Positions 13,329 through 24,088 of a stretch of DNA of 64,000 bases are shown here, one piece after another. The notes beneath the pieces were generated by a model. The model saw only the letters and a list, made by a program, of their open reading frames with translations. It was not told where the DNA came from and did no database searches. Source of the stretch: Octopus sinensis. Its lineage: Eukaryota. Within the stretch, counting starts at the first letter, position 1. The number at the start of each line of letters is the position of its first letter. A program made the position numbers and the translations under genes. Where the stretch lies: contig NC_042999.1 in NCBI RefSeq assembly GCF_006345805.1, forward strand, positions 46,438,001 through 46,502,000, in the 5' to 3' direction.

Positions 13329-13744
13329 TTCCTCTATTTACATAATATTGAGGTCTCTTTCTTTCTTTGTTATCTTACTGTTTTTACCAATATACATATA
13401 TATATATATAAATATATATATAGTTACAGAGATGTACTTGCATAGCAAGTGACTTGATCTGAGATCGTGTGCTGGAACGAAAACAGTTGCAGCGTTGAAG
13501 GTGTTTATAAGCCTTTTAAGAAACACACAAAACCGTTAGATTCACTTCAACATTTAAATTAAATTTGTCAAAATATTTTCGTCGCTTTGAGACCGCGACC
13601 TGTTAGCACGATATTTTTGTCAGTGAACAGGTCGCGGTCTCAAAGCGACGAAAATATTTTTGGCAAATTAAATTTAAATTTGAAGTAAATGTAACGGTTT
13701 TTGTGTGTTTCTTAAATGGCTTACAAACACCTTCCACGCTGCAA
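13329..13744. mobile_element. Fold-back repeat, probably Penelope pLTR-derived
   Basis: Inverted arms at 13487-13604 and 13626-13744 with a 21-nt spacer. The terminus ttcctctatttacataatat.ga.gtctctttc recurs at ~7263-7325. Confidence 0.55.
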
Positions 13745-13762
13745 TATATATATACACACATA

Positions 13763-13798
<36 letters not shown>

Positions 13799-16700
13799 TG
13801 TATGTATGTATGTGTGTATATGTGTATGCATGTATGTGTGTGTGTGCGTGTCTGTGCTTGTGATTGTCCTCCACCACTGCTTGACAACGAATGTTGGTTT
13901 GTTTACATCCCTGTCACCTAGTGGTTTGACAAAGGAAACAGATAGAATAAGTACAATGCTTACAAAACTAAAACTGGAGTTGATTCATTAAACTACAATT
14001 CTTCAAGGCATTGCCCCAGCATGGCCACAGAGCAATGGCTGGAAAAAGCAGAAGAATAAAAGAATTGAGGGGGACCTCTACATGGTAGCTAGACCTGGTA
14101 GAAATAGCAGCAAAATTTCCCCCAAATCACACCTTACTGTCTTATCTATGTATATATGTATGTATGAGCCTATGAGGGAGACCCCTACATGGCAGCTAGA
14201 CATGGTAGAAATAGCAGCCAAATCTCCCTCAAATCACACCTTACTGTCTTATCTTTCTGCTACTTGGATATAGGTGTTTAATTCGTCTAAAAAAAACTTT
14301 CCTGTCACACACTCACGCACCCGCACACACACACCAGCACCGTCACACAACACACGCGCACATACACACACACTCACACACACGCACGTTAGCTTACAAT
14401 TTTATTTATATATTTGCGTGTGTATGTGTGGAAAGAAGAAGTGGGAGCAGAGTGAAAGAATCACTCACTACAGTAGTGAATTAGTTTCATTTTATTCGTT
14501 GCCCACTGTGTGTGTGCGTTTGCGTGTGGTGTAAACCAGACTAAGAAAAGCATTTGACACCACACCAGAATGTGAGTTTTCTGTAAATTTTGCTTAATTG
14601 GAGTTTAAATTTAAAAAACTGGACCTGGCATGACGCGATGCATTGTACTCTCAAAACTGCTAGGTAAATTGTAATTGAAGAAATCCTATATTGTAGATTT
14701 GTATAACTCCCAAAGGGAGGCAGATAAAATCTGCCTTTTATAATAAGAGATATATATGCGAGGTTCATTTGCATCTGTTGTTGTCCACCGTTACTATTTG
14801 ACAACCGACACTGCTTTGATTACGTTCCCGTTACTCAGCAGCTTGGCAAAGAGGCCAATAGAATAAGTACAAGACTTAGCAAAAATAAGTACCGGTTGGA
14901 CTCAGGAACATTATATTGTTGGATATAATGTCAGGCTAATATTTTTGTCGGTATTTATGATATGACAACTTCAGGATCGAAATTTTAAGTACAACCTTCA
15001 GCCTGCAGAATGCTTCTATTATAACAATTACTACATGAAGTATTTCTAAAATTTTTAATTAAAAAAATACTAAAAAACCCATTGTTCATTGGTTGAACAT
15101 AATTTTTGTTGCAATGTCGTCCTTCTTTTTATAAGTCACAGATAGAATATATTCGTAAAATTTGCTTTTTAATTTGTAAAGACTGAATAGATCCAGCTGC
15201 GTGAAAAAAAATTGTCCTTACAAATCAAATGCTGGTGTTATCCATTGAATAATTCGTCTCCAAACGATTTCATGTGAAAAGCGCAATTGCAATCTTGAAT
15301 GATTTACAAGAACAGTTTCTATTTCTAACTGATACTCCAAAGGCTAGTCGTAAGTTCTAGTATATAAATTATAAGCAAATGGATATTAGAACAAGACATG
15401 CTTAATGTTTCAATTCCTAGCAGCACAATTGCTAATATAAGTATAAAGCCAAAGGATACCATATTTTCATATGCATAATTATGATTAGAATGATAATCAA
15501 ACTCTTAAATTCTACGTTTTGGCTTTTTGCACTAAGTTGTGTCCATTTTCTTGCTGTATGCTATTTTTGAAGTTTCATTTCTTTGTCTTGCCTGGAATGT
15601 TTTATATTTCTATAGTAATTTCTCATTGTCAGTGGTATTATTCATCTTTATCACATTCTTTTACTCTTTTAATACCTCACTGTTCCTCATTTTTAGCAAT
15701 CTTATTTTTATATCTTGTTCTGATATTTTTTATTTTCACGTTCACTTATTACTCTCTTTTTCATCGTCACACGATGTTTCTCTTCCAGTATATTTCTTAC
15801 ATATTTATTAATGTTTATGCAAAAGAGAGCATCGTAGTAGCCGTTATCAGTTTGATCATTATATCATACAGTTATGGTTATTCACATAAACACCCGATCA
15901 CTTAGGTTCATCATTAGCAGTTGAGCGCTTTTGGGAGCAATAATATTCTCATCATATTATCATGAAGCTGAATTGCTACATTGTATGATTTACTAACGGT
16001 AAAAAAACTCAACATTACCGGTGCGTATTGTATCTCTAGTCTTGAATGTTTAATATTTTCTGTATTGCGTTTCTAAAAATATATAAATGAAAACTCCAAT
16101 ATGCGTAGAGGACTTAATACCTTTACCGTCAAAAAGTGATAAAGATGTACACAGACAGTTGTTGTCCTCCATAATTGTTTTTAAATGCAATCTATTCAAG
16201 AAATAAGTGAATTATTCATTGATTTTAATAAAGTAGTTTACCTTTTATTTAGAATTTAGAAGGTCTATTTGCGAATAGTACCTAGATTAATACTTTCAGC
16301 ATTCACGAATGACAACGTTCTATCCTCGGTCCTCAACCGAGGTCCATATGGCCTCTACGGGTCCATATAAGATTTTGGGGGTCCATGCAACAAAATGGTA
16401 AATTGGGGATTGACAATAATATTTTAAGGGCCACTGAAAAAAATTTGTCGTATATGTATGTATTGGTATGCATTTAAAAAAACAGCTAGGCTTCTTTCTC
16501 TAACATTTTACATTGTCTAATCTACACAAGTGAATGCGTAATGAACATAGAATGATTTTGAAAGAAATATCTATAAAATTAGTTTTTACACATAGAATGG
16601 TTATGGGGGTCCACCAGAATAAAATAATAATCAAAGGGATCCATAAACAATAAAAAAAATGGCTGAGGTTTAAAATTTGAAAGGCGGAAATAATTTGGTT

Positions 16701-17899
16701 GTTTCAGGATAGTTTCGGTTTAAAAGATGAGCGGTTGGTGTATAGGGAGAGAGGAAACGGGAAAGGAAGAGAGACATTCGGAACAAAGAGAGAAAAGATA
16801 GAGAGAGAGAGAGAGAGAAGTACAATAAAAATGATTTAATCACAAATAGAAAGAAAGGGAGAAAGGAGTATGGGAAATTGGGCGAAAAAGAAAGATAGGG
16901 TAGAGAGAAACGAAGAGGGGGAGAGAGAGAGAAACGTAAACAGAAACGAATGGAGAGAGAGAGATGAAGAGTAGGAAAGAGAGAAGAGAAGGGGAGAGAG
17001 AGACGAAGAGAGAGAGAGAGAGATTGAAAAAACCTGAAAGTCATTTAAAATTAAGCATAAATTGCGTGTTCGACGTCACACTTAATCACGCAAGCTATTT
17101 ATATACAGGGGGCAATACAAGATATTTCATAACATAGCCCTCCTGCCCACCCCCTAAAAAAATTGTCTTTTTCTAATGCTTTTCTTGATTTAAATACTAA
17201 TTCCTAGTTCAATAAAGCTTCGTGATAGATAGAATACCTCTGCCTAGTTTTATTAGTAGAAAAGATATGGATAGTTTCAATGAAACTAATTTATCTTCAA
17301 TTCAGAATTTTGATGGCTTCCTGAAGGGTACGGTGACAGCTACTGTCATCAGCTAACATTGGTAAATATTTCTTCTGTAAAATGTGGTCTGTACAGAATC
17401 GGAAAGGCGGAAAGTGTTCGGATGTTTCCAGACTGTTACGCCCCTTAAACGTTGAATGGTTGACACATAAGTGTGTGTATACGAGAAAGATGGGTAGACA
17501 GATGGGTAGATAAAGTGGAAGTTAGAAAGAAAACAGGGCTAAGCAGATGAACGAGAGATAAATAGTTAAATATACACACACATACACACACATATATAAA
17601 GAGAAAGAGAGAGAGAGAGAGAGAGAAGGGGAGACAGAGGCTGTGCTTTAGAATGAGTTACAAGAATATTGATAAAATGTCTGAATGATTGGAAGAGAGA
17701 GAGAGAGAGAGAAGGAAAGGAAAATAAAGCGAACAATGTTGAAAACTATCTCCCTCACGTTTCAAGTTACACACACGTACAGCACAGCGAAGTTCAATGC
17801 TTTACGTAGTATATACTTACACATCACACACATATATTTGTATGTGGACATGTGCATACACACACACACATTCTTTTACATACACCTTTCCCCCGTCTG

Positions 17900-17902
17900 T
17901 CT

Positions 17903-17935
<33 letters not shown>

Positions 17936-17948
17936 TATTATATATATA

Positions 17949-17980
<32 letters not shown>

Positions 17981-18041
17981 GTATATATATGTATGTATAT
18001 ATATATGTATATATATGTTTGTGTATATATGTGTATGTATG

Positions 18042-18073
<32 letters not shown>

Positions 18074-18074
18074 C

Positions 18075-18119
<45 letters not shown>

Positions 18120-18128
18120 CATACATAT

Positions 18129-18173
<45 letters not shown>

Positions 18174-18219
18174 TATATATATATAATATATATATATTGT
18201 ATATAAATGTAAATATGTG

Positions 18220-18251
<32 letters not shown>

Positions 18252-18270
18252 ATATAATATATATATTATA
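17900..18270. repeat. Compound (TA)n/(TATG)n/(TACA)n microsatellite; similar tracts at ~7100-7200, 12136-12470, 30770-30960, 36920-37290, 52480-52790, 53520-53910
   Basis: Direct reading. Confidence 0.95.
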
Positions 18271-18811
18271 AATTCTAAAGACCTGACAGCATATTCTCAC
18301 TTCTGAATGAAGACATTTCGTAAACATATTTACTAATTCTAACTTTAAAAAAAAATATTAGTTTTTTCAAGAAGTTTATTTTTTTTTTTTACTGAGAGTG
18401 CTCCTACTGTTAGCAAACACTACGATAACATTTATCATCTAGACTTCAACATGATAACAGCATAATCTAGTAATATCAATGCTCTTTTATCAAATAGGCT
18501 CTCCTACAAATGAAATTAAAGATTTATATAACAAAAGGAATACTGCGCAACTGAGTCCTATATCTTATATCACAATATCTTGTTTTAGTTTAAATAGATT
18601 TTTTTTTTTTAATGAAAATATTTCGGTTTAAATCTTGTCACGCACGCGAACTCTTTGAAAAACATATGGAAACTTACGACTCGCATACATGATTATTTAT
18701 GCACACAAGCAGAGACAGTGAGCTCCTGGAAGTTTAAGAATATACAACACACATGCGTGCGCACGCACACACACATCTGCCTATCTATTTCTCTCTTTGT
18801 CTGTCAAACAG

Positions 18812-18842
<31 letters not shown>

Positions 18843-18843
<1 letters not shown>

Positions 18844-21800
18844 AGAAGTTTTCTTGGGAACGTCTCGTCCTTTACTCTTAGTGGGGGATTGGAATGCTAC
18901 CTTGGACACGCATGTAGACTACGTGGGTAGAGATAGGAATAGACGGGGATGCAAATGCCTCAGAGACCTGCTCAGACGCTTTCAACTGTCTGACAGGTTT
19001 CGACTAGACCACCCGAATGCGCCAACGTGGACATGGAGCAACCGCATCGGGTCGTCGAGATCGTATCTAGATAGGATACTGTGTAGGACAGTAGATAGAG
19101 ATAGCATAGGATGTCCACAATTCCACATAGTCAGCTACACGGATCACAAACTTGTGACATGTACGCTAGACTTAGGTAAGACACTTAGGCAGGGTCCCGA
19201 TACTGGAAACTAAACGCGTCTTTCCCATCGAGACAAGTTTTCAGAGACCGGATTAGCACACTAGTAAGAGGGCTTTGACGGGAGCCATCATCAACAACAA
19301 ATGGTGGTTTGCCCTCAAGAGAGCAGTAAAAGCAGAAGCGATTAGGTACAGCAAAGCACTAGCCATAGATAGAAATAGAGTAAGGGTGAGCTAGTTAAGA
19401 AGCTAGAAGAGGCAATTAGAAGCGGCATCGCGCATCCGACGTTTTGGCGGCGAGGTTGGCCCTCGACCAACACTTCAACGCCAAACACGAAGGATGTGCT
19501 GTCAGAGCTAGGATGCGTGCTCTAAGGAACGAAGGTGTTGGAGCCGCGAGAGAGGCCCGGGTGGCAGAGGCGCAACAGGGCAACAAAGCCACCATTCGGT
19601 CACTGGTAGATGAACAGGGGCGCGAATTGCTCGAGCCAAGTAAAATGTGTGAGGCCTTTCAGCAGCATTTTGCCCGACTGTTCGGAACGAGTGGAGGGCA
19701 AGAACGTAGGGTGGACTTCAGTGCCTACCTACTACCTACCCCACCACGACTCTCGACAAGAAAGGCAGGGTGCTGCGAAGGTGCCATCACGGCGGCGGAA
19801 GTGCGGGAAGCGATGGCAGAATGCTCGAGGGACAAATCACCGGGTTTGGATGGTCTACCCTACGAGCTTTACAATTGTATGCCAGACTTGTTTGGAGATC
19901 TCTTGGCGGCGGTGTACTGCAACTGGCAGCAAAACGGGAGCATTCCTGGTTTTGTGAGCCGAGGAGCCGTAACACTGCTGAAGAAAGATCTAAACAAGGG
20001 AAATGTAATAGATAACTTTAGGCCCATCACTCTGCTTAATGCAGACTTGAAAATTTTGGCCAAGGTGCTAGCCAAGAGGTTGGCGCTTGTCATCGAGAAA
20101 CTGGTCGACAAGGCGCAAACATGCGCCGTGCCAGGCCGGACCATCCATGACAACCTCCATCTGATGCGCTACATCATAGACAGGGTAGTTAACGAACCTG
20201 GCATGGGTGGGGCCCTGATCAACTTGGATCAATCAAAAGCCTTTGATAGGGTAGACCATCGATACTTGGAGGCAGTCCTGAGAGCGGCTGGTTTCGGTCC
20301 CGTCTTCCGCGGCTGGATAGCTGCCTTGTACAGAGGCATCCGTTCGGTAATTCGCGTAAATGGACATCTATCGAGACCTTTCGACATTGCACGTTCGGTC
20401 CGTCAGGGATGCCCCCTCTCGGCGCTTCTATACGTATTGACTCTTGAGCCACTACTGCGGAAGCTGGCGACTCTAAGGGGCATCCCGCGAGAATTGGGAT
20501 GCGGGACGAGCGTGTCTGCATACGCGGACGACGTCACCGTCATAGTGTCTAGCCACGAGCACACATCGAGCTGGTCGGCGAGACACTGAAAACTACGAAG
20601 CGGTGACAGGAGCGAAAATCAACCGGGAAAGTCAGTGGGCTTGCGACTAGGCACCTGGAGAAGCAAGCCCATGCCGTCCACCAGCGCCTCCGTCGTGGGA
20701 CGCTGGACCGACGGCCCGGTTGAGTTGCTCAGGGTCTGGTTTGGTCCGGACCTCCAAGTGGAGAAGAACTGGAACGAGATAACGAGTAGGGTGGTCACTC
20801 TCGCCCGGCAATGGGCCGAGAGGAAACTGTCCCTAAAAGGTCGAGCGGAGGTGGCGAACACGTACATCGCGTCCGTCATCTACTACCGCCTGACCGTCGT
20901 ACCTTGTCCCGACCCTACCATCACCAAACTACAACGCATCCTCTTTCGCTTCTTGTGGAAAGGATGCGTCCCGATGGTCAGGCGATCCATTTGCTGTCAA
21001 CACCCGTTAAAGGAGGGCTGGGCATGCCGTGGTTGATGATGCGCAGACACGCGCTGAGACTGCGACATCTCTGGCTCTATGTAGACGACGGTGAACAGGT
21101 GTGGTCGCCGTTTGTAAGGCACGCTTTCCCGCAGCTCGTCTCCATGACCGAACTGCAGTCGTGGATCAAAAGAGGTGAGGAAGGGCGAATGGCACCGCGA
21201 GTGTCGCGTTGCTCTCAAGCAACTCTGCCGTCCTGGGTCGACCTTAAGTGACTTCAACACAACCAAGCATTCTATAGGGGTTTAGTGGAGGGGAGGTACG
21301 ACGACGAGCTCGGGGCGAACCTGGACGTCGACGAGAGTACCTGACCCGCCTGTTCGGGACGACTTTCGGGCCAGGGCCCATGGACAATTTCCAGAGATCC
21401 CTGGCCTGGCAGTGCTACCGAGAAGCGCTACCCGTTCGGGATAAGCTCTACAGACACGGCTCGAGAAACACGGGGCCGACCTGCCCGAGATGCGGTCAGA
21501 GCGACGAAACCGTTCTGCACGCACTCGTTCAGTGTCCAACAATTTCCGACCTGTGGGCTTATGTCGAACAACTGCTGTCACGTGTGGACGAGTCGGTTTA
21601 TCAGCTGAGTCTATCGTCAATATTGTCACGCCTCCTTCCTTCAAACGGGAAGGAAGAGCTATTTTCATCATCCTTGTGGCTATGGCGAAAGAATGTATCT
21701 GGTGGACGCGTCTGAAAGGATTGGAGACAAACACTTTCCTCTCTGGTCAATCTCTCATCAACTTCTTCAAGTACCACTTGAAAAGGAAAGTGAGAGTAGA

Positions 21801-22292
21801 GAGGCAAGTTTTGTCTAGCGAATGTTTAAAAAAAGATGGGTGAATGTAGCAAGAATGGGACGTATGAATGACGAAGCACCTTGAGCTAGTCCTATGAACC
21901 CAGAAATCGAAAACAGAGAGTTGCTTATTTGCAAAAAAAAAAAAAAAAAAAAAAAAATATAAAATGTGACTTCATTGACCGAGGTTACCGTGGTCTTTTC
22001 CGCAGGCTTTTCTTTCCACGGGTAAACCTCACCTGTCCTCCCCTTTACACTTCATATTGACATTTCTGTGATAACGATCCCTATTGATCATTTTTTTTTC
22101 CTCTCCCCCCCCTTTTTTTTTTTAACCCCCCTTATTTTTGTCCTCTTTCTCTCCTTTTACGATCCCTTTTGATCGAACCTCCCCCTTCCTTTTTTTTTTT
22201 TTTTTTTTTTTTTTAATACCTTCAAAAGAAAAGCTCTACTACCTGTAATTTGTTCTATCTGTGTGCAGCCCTGTGTGGCTAATAAAGAAACA
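18843..22292 (+). mobile_element. Tx1/L1-clade non-LTR retrotransposon, copy 1 (5'-truncated inside the APE endonuclease)
   Basis: EN motifs LLLVGDWN, YLDRIL, TDHKLV. RT motifs KSPGLDG, NFRPITLLNAD, LDQSKAFDRV, VRQGCPLS, YADD. C-terminal CPRC...H...C knuckle. The 3' UTR has A/T/C tracts and ends AATAAAGAAACA. Several 1-nt frameshifts. (TATC)n on both sides. Confidence 0.93.
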
Positions 22293-22382
22293 TATCTATC
22301 TATCTATCTATCTATCTAGCTATCTATCTATCTATATATCTATCTATCTATCTATCCATCCATCCATCTATCTATCTATCTC

Positions 22383-22454
<72 letters not shown>

Positions 22455-22926
22455 CCTGTTTCTTTACTACCCACAAGGGGCAAAACACAGAGAGGACAAA
22501 CAAAGACCGACAAACAGATTAAGTCGATTTATTTGACCTCTTGCGTAACTGGTACTTAATTAATCGACCCCGAAAGGATGAAAGGCAAAGTCGACCTCGG
22601 CGGAATTTGAACTCAGAACGTAACGGCAGACGAAATACGGCTACGCATTTCGCCCGGCGTGCTAACGTTTCTGCCAGCTCGCCGCCTTACCTCCCTACAA
22701 ACCTACCTACCAACCTACCTACCTACCTACCTACCTACCTACCTACCTACCTACCTTCCTATCTACCTACCTACCTACCTACCTACCTACCTACCTAACT
22801 TCCTACCTACCTACCTACCTACCTACCTCCCTACTACCTACCTACTTACCTACCTATCTATCTATCTACCGCTGATGTCAGAAGTATTTTATAAACTTTC
22901 CAGAGAATGTAAAGTATACATCAAAC

Positions 22927-23002
<76 letters not shown>

Positions 23003-23487
23003 CCTGTTTCTTTACTACCCACAAGGGGCAAAACACAGAGAGGACAAACAAAGACCGACAAACAGATTAAGTCGATTATATTGACCTCAGTGCGTAACTG
23101 GTACTTAATTAATCGACCCCGAAAGGATGAAAGGCAAAGTCGACCTCGGCGGAATTTGAACTCAGAACGTAACGGCAGACGAAATACGGCTACGCATTTC
23201 GCCCGGCGTGCTAACGTTTCTGCCAGCTCGCCGCCTTACCTCCCTACAAACCTACCTACCTACCTACCTACCTACCTACCTACCTACCTACCTACCTTCC
23301 TATCTACCTACCTACCTACCTACCTACCTACCTACCTACCTAACTTCCTACCTACCTACCTACCTACCTACCTCCCTACTACCTACCTACTTACCTACCT
23401 ATCTATCTATCTACCGCTGATGTCAGAAGTATTTTATAAACTTTCCAGAGAATGTAAAGTATACATCAAACTCTATCTATCTATCTC

Positions 23488-23539
<52 letters not shown>

Positions 23540-24048
23540 CCTGTTTCTTTACTACCCACAAGGGGCAAAACACAGAGAGGACAAACAAAGACCGACAAAC
23601 AGATTAAGTCGATTATATTGACCTCAGTGCGTAACTGGTACTTAATTAATCGACCCCGAAAGGATGAAAGGCAAAGTCGACCTCGGCGGAATTTGAACTC
23701 AGAACGTAACGGCAGACGAAATACGGCTACGCATTTCGCCCGGCGTGCTAACGTTTCCGCCAGCTCGCCGCCTTACCTCCCTACAAACCTACCTACCAAC
23801 CTACCTACCTACCTACCTACCTACCTACCTACCTACCTACCTACCTGCCTACCTACCTACCTACCTACCTTCCTATCTACCTACCTACCTACCTACCTAC
23901 CTACCTAACTTCCTACCTACCTACCTACCTACCTACCTCCCTACTACCTACCTACTTACCTACCTATCTACCTACCTATCTATCTATCTACCGCTGATGT
24001 CAGAAGTATTTTATAAACTTTCCAGAGAATGTAAAGTATACATCAAAC

Positions 24049-24087
<39 letters not shown>
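22293..24087. repeat. Three tandem ~540-bp units: (TATC)n + SINE-B(-) + (CCTA)n + ~60-bp unique spacer
   Basis: SINE copies at ~22457-22687, 23005-23236 and 23542-23773. The spacer ccgctgatgtcagaag...catcaaactc is repeated three times. Periods are 548 and 537 nt. Confidence 0.9.

Positions 24088-24088
<1 letters not shown>

Noticed and set aside
17685-18327. Long ORFs rich in IY/YI/CV/HT (also at ~7028-7369, 12141-12513, 37041-37535, 52444-52811, 53502-53999)
   Set aside because: Translations of (TA)n/(TG)n/(TATG)n microsatellites, which lack stop codons; there are no protein motifs.
22293-24087. CRISPR-like regular repeat and spacer appearance
   Set aside because: Eukaryotic intron, identical spacers, units of ~540 bp and no cas genes.
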